A stretch of DNA of 64,000 bases from Actinomycetes bacterium (lineage in GTDB: Bacteria; Actinomycetota; Acidimicrobiia; Acidimicrobiales; RAAP-2): NCBI GenBank assembly GCA_037142475.1, contig JBAXAR010000001.1:4059-68058 (forward strand), given 5' to 3'. This document shows, in pieces, positions 1-9,324 of this stretch. Below the pieces are notes generated by a model that saw nothing but the letters and a program-made list of their open reading frames with translations, did no database searches and was not told the origin of the DNA. The position numbers were made by a program, and so were the translations under genes. Numbering within the stretch: the stretch's first letter is position 1; the number at the start of each line of letters is the position of its first letter.

Positions 1-56
1 CGCACCAATGCCTCTGGGAACGTGAGCTTGACTCGAACGCTGATCTCTTGGCTCAT
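1..56 (-). CDS. 5' end of an unidentified CDS running off the window (MSQEISVRVKLTFPEALV...)
   Basis: ATG at 56-54, 11 nt after the larE-like stop, open to position 1. Only 18 codons are visible, there is no strong SD, and no family can be assigned. Confidence 0.2.
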   Translation of the reverse strand, partial: MSQEISVRVKLTFPEALV

Positions 57-67
57 CGATACCGAGG

Positions 68-859
68 TTACCCCAGCACCCGGTTGAGACGACCGGACCC
101 GAGCCCCTCGAGGTCCAGCGCGCAAAACGAGTAGCCGACCGAACGACATGCGGTCACGATCTGATCTCGCGAGGCGAGGGCGCGTTCAAGATCCTCACGT
201 GGAACCTCCACCAAGGCGACGTCACCGTGATGTCGAACGCGAAGATCCGAGAAGCCCAGCGAGCGAACCGCCGCCTCGGCGCGGTCAACTTGTCGAAGGA
301 CCGAGAGCGTCACTGGGGTCCCATAGGGAAGTCGAGAGGCCAGGCAGGGTGATGCCGGCTTTTCTGCCGTCGAGAGGCCGAGGACTGCTGACTCGGATCG
401 GATCATCGCCTTTGTCAGACCGACTTCAACGAGTGGGAACCGTGCCCCCCTGGCAGCCGCAGCTTCTTGGCCGGGGCGATGATCACCAAGGTCATCAACA
501 TTGACCCCAAGGATCACCGTGGCCTGACGTTCGAGCGCAAGCGGTTCGAGGGCATCCATCAGATGGGTCTTGCACCATGCGCAGCGATCCGGACCATTGA
601 CGGCGTATCGAGGGTCATCAAGCTCGTGGGTGCGGACCACACGATGCTCCAGACCGAGTTCTTCAGCGAGTGCCGTTGCCTCACGTGCCTCGGACGCCGC
701 CATGGATGCCGAACTTGCGGTGACACAAAGCGATGACGAACCCATGGCTTGGCTCGCTGCCACGGCAAGGAAGGTCGAGTCGACCCCGCCGGAGTACGCG
801 ACCACGACAGGACCCATGCGCTTGAGGTGCTCCACCAATTCCACCATCGACGAGCTCAT
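68..859 (-). CDS. larE: PP-loop ATP-dependent sulfur transferase, LarE/TIGR00268-like
   Basis: 263-aa ORF with the PP-loop AYSGGVDS near the N-terminus. It carries CAWC plus SPCLASR cysteines as in LarE-type enzymes. Its start overlaps the hemQ stop. Confidence 0.65.
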   Translation of the reverse strand: MSSSMVELVEHLKRMGPVVVAYSGGVDSTFLAVAASQAMGSSSLCVTASSASMAASEAREATALAEELGLEHRVVRTHELDDPRYAVNGPDRCAWCKTHLMDALEPLALERQATVILGVNVDDLGDHRPGQEAAAARGARFPLVEVGLTKAMIRSESAVLGLSTAEKPASPCLASRLPYGTPVTLSVLRQVDRAEAAVRSLGFSDLRVRHHGDVALVEVPREDLERALASRDQIVTACRSVGYSFCALDLEGLGSGRLNRVLG

Positions 860-1551
860 CAGGCAGTGACGTTCCCAAGAACCTCATCGACCGTGCCCAC
901 CATGCCGATGTAGAAGGGGCCGAATTCCGCGTAGAGGGTTGACCCCTCATCAAAGCGCATCGTGTAGACACATTCCTTGATGTCATCGGGACCCACGCCA
1001 AAGAGCGTTACCCCCCACTCCCAGTCATCGAGCCCAGTCGACCCGGTCACCACTTGGAGGATTCGACCGTGGAACTGACGCCCTGACCGTCCGTGGCCCA
1101 TCATCAGGGCCTTGCGCTCCTCGAAGGTGAGCGCGTACCAGTTGTGCACCTCGCCACGACGCTTCGACATCGGGTAGAAGCAGAAGGCCGTCATGGCCTT
1201 GGGGGGAAGAACCGGATTCAGCCGCGCCTCGATCATCTCTGCGGGGAGTCCCTTGGCGTACTCCGAAATCTCAGTGAGACTGACGTACGACTCGACGATC
1301 TCGAGGCGGGCGGCTTGCAGGGCGCTCTGGAGCCGGCGGAGATCCCAGAGGTCTCTGCCAGTGGCCATCACGCAGAGATCGGCTTTGTGGCCGACGATGG
1401 CAGCCACGACCACCTGACATCCTGCAGCCTCGGCAGTCTCTTTCGCTTCGACAACGCCCCGATGCGACACCGACACGCCGACCTTGCAGAAAAGGTGAAC
1501 CACGTTCAGGCCGATCGATGGCTCCATCGGCGTCGTCGTGTTCTCAGTCAT
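859..1551 (-). CDS. hemQ: coproheme decarboxylase / hydrogen-peroxide-dependent heme synthase (chlorite-dismutase fold)
   Basis: Motifs FYPMSKRR..NWY, GLDDWEWGVTLF and MRFDE..YAEFGPF match actinobacterial HemQ/ChdC. Start placed at ATG 1551 behind a GAAGGA SD; the ORF itself extends to GTG 1578. Confidence 0.85.
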   Translation of the reverse strand: MTENTTTPMEPSIGLNVVHLFCKVGVSVSHRGVVEAKETAEAAGCQVVVAAIVGHKADLCVMATGRDLWDLRRLQSALQAARLEIVESYVSLTEISEYAKGLPAEMIEARLNPVLPPKAMTAFCFYPMSKRRGEVHNWYALTFEERKALMMGHGRSGRQFHGRILQVVTGSTGLDDWEWGVTLFGVGPDDIKECVYTMRFDEGSTLYAEFGPFYIGMVGTVDEVLGNVTA

Positions 1552-1846
1552 GGGGGCATCCTTCGCTGCAGTCGACACACCCCATGCTAGGCGTGGCGTC
1601 CTCCTGGCTCGGCGGCATCAGTCCACGTGCGGTGCCGGGCAAGGATGGCGGTCTTCTCGCCAGTCTCCTTGGCGCTCAGTGCTTCGAGGAACTTGGAGAG
1701 CCAACACATGCGTGGGCTCAGGGGTGGGCACGATGCCCTCAGTACGAATGAACTGTCTTGGCCCCCGAAGCCCTCCTGAGCGGATGTGACGTCCTCGGAG
1801 CGAACCTGGTCAGGGCAATGACGCTTCGGAGGTTCATCTTCGCCAT

Positions 1847-1889
1847 GATGCAACTGAGGCGGGCCCTGTGGGCCCGCCTCAGTTGCATC
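1847..1889 (-). terminator. strong hairpin downstream of groEL (19-bp perfect stem, 5-nt loop)
   Basis: gatgcaactgaggcgggcc-ctgtg-ggcccgcctcagttgcatc, about 25 nt after the groEL stop. There is no U-tract, as is common in high-GC genomes. Confidence 0.6.
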
Positions 1890-1913
1890 TTCTGGTCAGC
1901 CCGTGGGCTTCGC

Positions 1914-3581
<1,668 letters not shown>

Positions 3582-3608
3582 TTAGCAGTCTCGGCCCGAG
3601 AGTGCTAA
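3582..3608 (-). promoter_or_regulatory. CIRCE (HrcA operator) in the groEL leader
   Basis: TTAGCAGTC-N9-GAGTGCTAA against the consensus TTAGCACTC-N9-GAGTGCTAA, 46-72 nt upstream of the groEL ATG. Confidence 0.85.
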
Positions 3609-3633
3609 TAGGCCCCTGGCTGGGTGACCAGCT

Positions 3634-3909
3634 TCAGCCCCCTGCGACAGCAGGAATGATCGACAGCACGACACCATCGGTAAGCGGCGTGTCGAGGCCT
3701 TGGAGGAACCGCACGTCCTCGTCGGAGAGGAAGACGTTGACGAAGCGGCGTAGCGCCCCTGCGTCGTCGAAGAGCCGTTCACCGAAACCTGGGTGATCGG
3801 CGTCGAGGGCACGCAGTGCGTCCCCGACAGTCGCTGCCTCAACAGAGACCTCGCCGGCACCAGCGGTGAGCTGACGGAGTTGGGTCGGGATTCGAATGAT
3901 GACTGCCAT
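3634..3909 (-). CDS. MoaD/ThiS-family sulfur-carrier protein (beta-grasp, C-terminal ...AVAGG); MetO/CysO-like
   Basis: 91 aa starting MAVIIRIPTQLRQL and ending in GG. An AAGGAGAG SD lies 5 nt before ATG 3909; the track ORF extends to 3951. Confidence 0.8.
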   Translation of the reverse strand: MAVIIRIPTQLRQLTAGAGEVSVEAATVGDALRALDADHPGFGERLFDDAGALRRFVNVFLSDEDVRFLQGLDTPLTDGVVLSIIPAVAGG

Positions 3910-3968
3910 GGGAACTCTCCTTGTGGGTGTGGTGTGGCTGGCTTCGTTCATGGGTCACGTCGTGACCG

Positions 3969-5216
3969 TCAGATTCGAACGGGGTCCTCAAGACCAACCG
4001 CAGCATCGAATGCATCGAGGGTTGGCGGGATTGTGTAGGTCGGTCCAACATGTCCTGTCAGCGCCTCGACGGTCTTCAGGCCATGGCCGGACACGATGGC
4101 AACCGTACGCTCGTCAGGTCGGATGGTGCCGTCGGCCACAAGCTTCGCCAACGTGGCGATGGTGACGCCGCCTGCGGTTTCAGCGAAGATTCCTTCCGTT
4201 CGGGCCAACAGACGGATTCCCTCGATGATCTCGTCATCAGTGACGGCGCTGCACGAGCCGCCACTGCGTCGGATCACATCAAGCGCGTACCACCCGTCTG
4301 CGGGATTCCCGATTGCCAGTGACTTGGCGATGGTGTCGGGCTTGACCGGGATGATGGCGTCAGCGCCGTTGGCGAACGCAGTCGCCACCGGTGAGCAGCC
4401 AAGGGCCTGAGCCCCAGAGATTCGGACCGAGGGAATCTCATCCAAGAGGCCAACCTGGCCGAGTTCCCGGAATCCCTTGTCGATCTTGGTGAGCTGTGAT
4501 CCCGAAGCGATTGGAACCACCACATGGTCCGGCGCCTGCCAACCGAGCTGCTCGGCGATCTCGAAGGCGAGGGTCTTCGACCCCTCTGCGTAGTACGAAC
4601 GAACGTTGACGTTCACGAAGGCCCACGTCGGCCTCTCGCTTGTCAGCTCGGCGCAGAGTCGGTTGACATCGTCATACGTGCCATCGACAGCCACCAGTTG
4701 GCCACCGTAGACAGCTGTCATCATGATCTTTGCTTTCTCGAGGTTCGACGGGATCAGGACCACTGAGGCCATGCCAGCACGGGCCGCATGAGCAGCGACC
4801 GAGTTGGCCAAGTTCCCCGTCGAGGCGCAGGCAGCCACTTTGAAGCCAAGCTGACGCGCCTTCGTGAGAGCGACAGAGACCACCCGGTCCTTAAAGGATC
4901 CCGTTGGGTTCGCCGTGTCATCCTTGATCCAGAGTTCCTTGAGGCCGAGCTCGGCACCAAGGCGCTCAGCCCTGACCAGTGGGGTGAACCCAGCGCCAAG
5001 ATCGACTGGTGCGGCGTCGATCACCGGAAGAAGTGGTCCGTAGCGCCAGATTGATCGTGGCCCTGCAGCAATCGACTCCCGCGTGATCAGCGAGGCGATG
5101 GCGTCGTAGTCGTAATCGGCCTCGAGGGGTCCGAAGCAAAAGTCGCAGACGTGGAGCGCCTCGTCGGGAAACGCCCTCCCACATTCACGACAACGCAAAC
5201 CGGTGACTGTATTCAT
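3969..5216 (-). CDS. threonine-synthase-family PLP enzyme with N-terminal zinc ribbon; candidate MetM-type homocysteine synthase
   Basis: CRECG-x11-CDFC ribbon and the PLP-lysine motif NPTGSFKDR place it in the ThrC/CysM fold. Start placed at ATG 5216 behind a GAAGGAG SD (track ORF starts at GTG 5231). A SAM riboswitch lies immediately upstream. Confidence 0.8.
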   Translation of the reverse strand: MNTVTGLRCRECGRAFPDEALHVCDFCFGPLEADYDYDAIASLITRESIAAGPRSIWRYGPLLPVIDAAPVDLGAGFTPLVRAERLGAELGLKELWIKDDTANPTGSFKDRVVSVALTKARQLGFKVAACASTGNLANSVAAHAARAGMASVVLIPSNLEKAKIMMTAVYGGQLVAVDGTYDDVNRLCAELTSERPTWAFVNVNVRSYYAEGSKTLAFEIAEQLGWQAPDHVVVPIASGSQLTKIDKGFRELGQVGLLDEIPSVRISGAQALGCSPVATAFANGADAIIPVKPDTIAKSLAIGNPADGWYALDVIRRSGGSCSAVTDDEIIEGIRLLARTEGIFAETAGGVTIATLAKLVADGTIRPDERTVAIVSGHGLKTVEALTGHVGPTYTIPPTLDAFDAAVGLEDPVRI

Positions 5217-5230
5217 TGGTGACTCCTTCA

Positions 5231-5331
5231 CTCATCGATCGGGCGTTGGCACCTAGTCCGGAGGGGATGTCCCTCAGCGGAATGGTTGCCGCAACGTCAT
5301 CGGGCCCGTCCCTCAGTTGCTCTGGATGATG
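5231..5331 (-). promoter_or_regulatory. SAM riboswitch (S-box / SAM-I core, short P4; possibly the SAM-I/IV variant)
   Basis: The minus strand reads CAUCAUCCAGAGCAACUGAGGGACGGGCCCGAUGACGUUGCGGCAACC...GAGGGACAUCCCCUC...GGUGCCAACGCCCGAUCGAUGAG. The conserved AGAG, GAGGGA, GGCCCGAUGA, GGCAACC and GGUGCCAA blocks are in order, and P1 is CAUC/GAUG. The 3' arm abuts the SD of the ThrC-like gene. Confidence 0.8.
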
Positions 5332-5406
5332 TGTCTATTCTGCCGGAATAGTGATCGGCCCGTCAACGTGACCGATTCCGCGCCACTCACCCACTAGAAC
5401 GTAGGG

Positions 5407-6204
5407 GTGGTTGCTTCCCCACCAGACACCTCCTCCGCCGGCGCGGGGGTGCGAACCTTTGGCCTTGCCGAGATCGCCGAAACTGCGGTGATCGCCGCCA
5501 AGGGTGCTCACGTCGTCAGCGTTGTTATCCCCGCCAAGGATGAAGCAGAGACCATCACCGGCGTCATCGAGGCGATCCGACCCCATCTCGCTGGCTGTGG
5601 GGGCGGATTGGTCGATGAGATCATCGTGGTTGACGACGGCTCGAGCGATGGCACCGCTTCGAAGGCACAACGCGCCGGTGCAACAGTGCTGTCACTCACC
5701 ACGGGCGGTGGCAAAGGCGCAGCGATGGCGGCTGGCGTCGACGCGGCCTGCGGAGACGTCATCGTCTTCCTTGATGCTGACGTCGAGAACACCAGTGCAG
5801 ATTTTGTGACCAGGCTCCTTGGCCCCCTCCTGCTCGACGATGACGTGATGCTGGTGAAGGGCTTCTACGAGCGACCCATCGACGGAAAGCCAAGTGGCGG
5901 GGGTCGGGTCACCGAACTCACCGCGAGGCCAGCGTTGAGAATCCTCTTCCCCGATCTCGCTCACGTGCTCCAGCCTCTCGCCGGCGAGACGGCCATCCGG
6001 CGAGAGGTGGTCGAGAAGATCGGGCTCGACATTGGCTATCGGGTGGAGATGAGCCTTTTGATCGATGTCGGTCGCACCTATGGTGCATCAGCGATTGCCC
6101 AGGTCGATCTGGGGGTTCGATTTCACCGCAACCGCTCCATCGAAGAACTCAGCGCAATGGCCACCGAGGTTCTGGGCGCTGCACTCGAGCGCAGCGGACG
6201 CTGA
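5407..6204 (+). CDS. gpgS: glucosyl-3-phosphoglycerate synthase (GT81-type family-2 glycosyltransferase)
   Basis: VSVVIPAKDEAETI, VVDDGSSDGT, FLDADV, and FYERP...GGGRVTELTARPALR..QPLAGE..GYRVEMSLLID..HRNRS track the mycobacterial GpgS sequence as I remember it. Confidence 0.75.
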   Translation: MVASPPDTSSAGAGVRTFGLAEIAETAVIAAKGAHVVSVVIPAKDEAETITGVIEAIRPHLAGCGGGLVDEIIVVDDGSSDGTASKAQRAGATVLSLTTGGGKGAAMAAGVDAACGDVIVFLDADVENTSADFVTRLLGPLLLDDDVMLVKGFYERPIDGKPSGGGRVTELTARPALRILFPDLAHVLQPLAGETAIRREVVEKIGLDIGYRVEMSLLIDVGRTYGASAIAQVDLGVRFHRNRSIEELSAMATEVLGAALERSGR

Positions 6205-6705
6205 TCAGGGCTGGGTCGGAAGACCTGGGCCAATCACCACGACGACGTCATCGCCTGCAGCATCAGGGACCGGCACCGCAGTCGTGAGGGGCTGCACCAC
6301 TGACTTCGCCAGCCCCACCTCACGAGCGATCTCCTCGGCTGCCCATTTGCGACCGGAAGCGAAGTAGATGCTCGAGGTGCTGGCGGCTGTCGTCGTATTC
6401 ACCGGCGGCAACACGTTCCATCCCTGGTTCTGCAGGGTGGTGGTGACGCCCCCAGCTGCTCCTGGGGTGCTCGTCCCATTGGCCACCTGCACCTTGATGG
6501 TCGAGTGCGGAACTGTCGTCGTCGTGGGCGCGATCGTCGTCGCCGGCGTGGTTGTCGACGGCGAGTCAGGGGCACCCGAGGGCGCCTGTTCGGTCGTTGA
6601 AAGGCACAGAGCGAAGGTCACAAGGAAGGCCGCGACGACGACAATTGCTCGTCCCGTGTGCACCTCGCGAGGAGCTGGAGACTCGGAGGTGTCGTCACTG
6701 GTCAC
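6205..6705 (-). CDS. membrane-anchored LytR_C (LytR cell-envelope-related C-terminal) domain protein
   Basis: N-terminal TM segment, a Thr/Pro-rich linker, then IKVQVANGTSTPGAAG...NQGWNV...IYF, typical of the LytR_C domain. Confidence 0.65.
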   Translation of the reverse strand: MTSDDTSESPAPREVHTGRAIVVVAAFLVTFALCLSTTEQAPSGAPDSPSTTTPATTIAPTTTTVPHSTIKVQVANGTSTPGAAGGVTTTLQNQGWNVLPPVNTTTAASTSSIYFASGRKWAAEEIAREVGLAKSVVQPLTTAVPVPDAAGDDVVVVIGPGLPTQP

Positions 6706-6815
6706 GGGCCAAGCCTGCCAAGTCCCAGCACGTCACGCAAGGTGGACATGTTCGAACCTCGCTCGCCAGAGCCGCTTGGCTCCGCCAAGCCCTATCCTTG
6801 ACCGTGAAAGGACAT

Positions 6816-6888
6816 GCCGGTGTGGCGCAGATGGAAGCGCAGGCGATTTGTAATCGTCAGGTCGTGGGTTCGAGTCCCACCACCGGCT
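6816..6888 (+). tRNA. tRNA-Thr (anticodon UGU); CCA encoded at 6889-6891
   Basis: Hand-folded cloverleaf: acceptor GCCGGTG/CACCGGC, D arm GCGC/GCGC, anticodon arm GGCGA-TTTGTAA-TCGTC, T arm GTGGG-TTCGAGT-CCCAC. Confidence 0.9.
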
Positions 6889-7210
6889 CCAATGTGATCT
6901 GTCAGCATTCTTGGGGCAGACGAACCCTCAGAGGCGAGCGATGTCTCGATCTCGATGCTGGTCGTCGACCAAGGTGTCGAGCCCGGAGTGTCGTGGGACG
7001 ACGCCGTTGACGACCTGGGATTGGGGGTTGACCATGATTGGCGCAGCCTTCGCAGTCGGCCACACCGGTTCATTGAACAACCCATCCGGCTCTGGGCCGG
7101 ACGCCGGTTCGGTCACATGCCAAAGGAGCTCCTCCCGGATTGACCATGGGGCCCCAAGGATCGGAGCCAGCCCATGGAGCCGTTCGGGGTGGTCGTCAAC
7201 CCATCTCCGC

Positions 7211-8740
7211 CTACTGCGGCACCCACGGAAGCGGTGTCAACAGGATCCCGATGAGCCCGGCCGACGCAACCACACCACCGGAGATGGCGCAGAGGCGTGC
7301 CATGCGCGACGCGCTGACCCAGAAGACCAAGATCGCGGTGAGCGTCCCGGCGACTCCGAGCACGGTCATCGTGGCCCACCAGTTGTGTGCTTCAGACCAC
7401 GCGTGATCAAGACACGACGAGCTGAGACAGGGGAACACAGAGAGGTCCGGCCACCAGCCGAAGGATCGCCCAGTGCTCCAGTTCGATGCGACATCAGCTT
7501 GATTGAAGAACGAGTGGTGGTCGAGCGTCATGACCACGACAAATCCCACGACAGAGATCGTCAGGCACACTCCGAGGATTCCGAGTGCGAGGCGGCGTCG
7601 GCGCGAGCGAAGATCCATGAGGTAGAGGGTGGCGAAGACGGCGAGGATCGGGAAGAGTTCCCACTCGAATCGCCCAACCAGCGAGACGCCTCCGTAGTGG
7701 TTAAAGGCTGCTCCGTTCAAAAACCAGAGCACCACGAGGACCGCGGTCGCTGTCAGCACGCTAAGGCGCAGTCGATTGCGAAGGAGCACCATTCCTGCCA
7801 GACCAACCACGACCCAGGGCTGCTGAACAAGGACGCCGTGTTGTTGGTCAGCGATGAGGCCGACCATTCGCGTGACGGTCAGGGAGACCGAATGGCCAAG
7901 CACCACGTTCGATGTGGCGCTCCGGAAGACCATCTCGTTGTAGACGACGAGGAGCGCCAATGGTGGGAGCAGTCCCCCCGCTAATGCCACGAACCGACGA
8001 CGGGGTGCAGCGCTCCGAACGAGTACGACGACGATCCCCACACCCACGAGGAGGGCTGGCACAAGGTTCTTGAAGTGCACCCAAGGAAGGAAGCCGATCG
8101 TGAACCCCACCAGTGCCACCGTGCCGGGACCTGGCTCCCACGACCGCTCCATGGCCACCAGCACGGCGATAAGGAGGGCGAGAATCACTCCCGAGAGGAG
8201 ATCGGGATAGATCTCATTGAGTGCCATGAACGTCGCCGGAGTGGCCACCACGCCTAGCAGGGCGAGCGGCCATGCTCGGCGCTCTCCGCCGGAGCGCCAG
8301 ACCAGGAACGACAACCCCACAAACCCAGCCGAGATGAGCGCTCCCATGGTGAGGGCGGCGGCGTGAGGACCAGCGAGCATCGGAACCGCCATGAGGAAGG
8401 CCAGACCGGGCTCGTGGGCAGGATAGATACCCTGTGGTGCTCGGTGACCAAGGGGGGGGATCGCGTAGCCGGCACCGAGGGCCTGGTGGAGGCGAGCCCA
8501 TCGCTCGGCAGCGGTGACCCGGAAGGATCCGAATCGCATGAGGGCGATGGCGCTGATCAGGTAGTGGGGTTCGTCCCCGTTGAGACCAACCCCGTGATGG
8601 CGCTCCCATTTCAGCGTGCCAGCCCCGACTCCGAAGAACCCGACCCACGCGGTGATCGCCAGCGCCCAGCAGGACGAAGGTCGCCATTTCTTCTTCAGGG
8701 CGGCCGCCGTGACCACCACTGGCGCCGAGACGTCGCTCAC
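7211..8740 (-). CDS. polytopic membrane protein, probable GT-C-type glycosyl/mannosyltransferase
   Basis: 509 aa with at least 10 predicted TM segments. An early loop carries DEPHY, reminiscent of GT-C (PMT/ArnT-like) enzymes. No closer assignment is possible by eye. Confidence 0.5.
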   Translation of the reverse strand: MSDVSAPVVVTAAALKKKWRPSSCWALAITAWVGFFGVGAGTLKWERHHGVGLNGDEPHYLISAIALMRFGSFRVTAAERWARLHQALGAGYAIPPLGHRAPQGIYPAHEPGLAFLMAVPMLAGPHAAALTMGALISAGFVGLSFLVWRSGGERRAWPLALLGVVATPATFMALNEIYPDLLSGVILALLIAVLVAMERSWEPGPGTVALVGFTIGFLPWVHFKNLVPALLVGVGIVVVLVRSAAPRRRFVALAGGLLPPLALLVVYNEMVFRSATSNVVLGHSVSLTVTRMVGLIADQQHGVLVQQPWVVVGLAGMVLLRNRLRLSVLTATAVLVVLWFLNGAAFNHYGGVSLVGRFEWELFPILAVFATLYLMDLRSRRRRLALGILGVCLTISVVGFVVVMTLDHHSFFNQADVASNWSTGRSFGWWPDLSVFPCLSSSCLDHAWSEAHNWWATMTVLGVAGTLTAILVFWVSASRMARLCAISGGVVASAGLIGILLTPLPWVPQ

Positions 8741-8803
8741 CGTCTCAAACTACTTCGGCCCGCCGCTGTTGCACTGTGTGGACCGAAGCGCTGGAATGGA
8801 AGG

Positions 8804-9253
8804 GTGACGGAGAAAACGAAGGCCAGCGTCTTCAAGGAGTTCCAGGCCTTTGTCCTTCGAGGCAACGTGGTGGATCTTGCGGTGGCCGTCGCCATCGGCG
8901 CCGCCTTCACCGCGGTGGTCGCCTCGGTCGTCGCTGCCTTCATCACGCCGATCATTGGCGCCGTGTTCGGCAAGGACTTTGCTCATCTGGCCTTCACCAT
9001 CAATGGATCGAAGTTCCAATACGGCCTCTTCGTCAACGCGCTGTTGTCCTTCCTGATCACCGCCACACTCATTTTTTTCCTGGTGGTCAAGCCTATGCAG
9101 CACCTCATCCGACGTCTCGGGCTCGTCGAGGGCGATCCCCCGGCGCTCGCCGAGTGCCCTTGGTGTCGAACCGAGATCCGCGTCGAGGCCCTCCGTTGCG
9201 GAGCATGCACCTCAACTCTTGATGCAGGCTGGGCGACGACTCCTTCAGACTGA
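8804..9253 (+). CDS. mscL: large-conductance mechanosensitive channel MscL with a C-terminal CxxC-x10-CxxC tail
   Basis: FKEFQAFVLRGNVVDLAVAVAIGAAFTAVV...LLSFLITATLIFFLVVKP is the MscL core. Start placed at GTG 8804 behind GGAAGG; the upstream part of the track ORF overlaps the GT-C gene. Confidence 0.85.
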   Translation: MTEKTKASVFKEFQAFVLRGNVVDLAVAVAIGAAFTAVVASVVAAFITPIIGAVFGKDFAHLAFTINGSKFQYGLFVNALLSFLITATLIFFLVVKPMQHLIRRLGLVEGDPPALAECPWCRTEIRVEALRCGACTSTLDAGWATTPSD

Positions 9254-9324
9254 TTCGAGGACGCTGCCGCACGCAGCACCCACCTCGGGCACACCCGACC
9301 GGTGGCTTATCGATGCTCTGAGAG

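Noticed and set aside
6816-7210. A genomic island or integration site at tRNA-Thr(UGU), and the 62-aa ORF at 6928..7116 (minus strand).
   Set aside because: I found no integrase, no direct repeat of the tRNA 3' end, and no compositional break. The small ORF has coding-like third-position G/C (about 77%), but its GGGAGGAG is 12 or more nt from a GTG start and there is no family match, so it is too weak to call. The same reasoning applies to tRNA-Thr(CGU) at 40159-40230.
6911-7984. 357-aa plus-strand ORF, and similar long ORFs at 33593..34435, 27850..29043, 57595..58716, 11187..12299 and 15887..16495.
   Set aside because: All lie antisense to genes with unambiguous family signatures (GT-C membrane protein, znuB, tilS-hpt, glnII, carD/disA, clpC). 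Their translations are Arg/Pro/Gly/His-rich low-complexity sequence typical of shadow ORFs in high-GC DNA.
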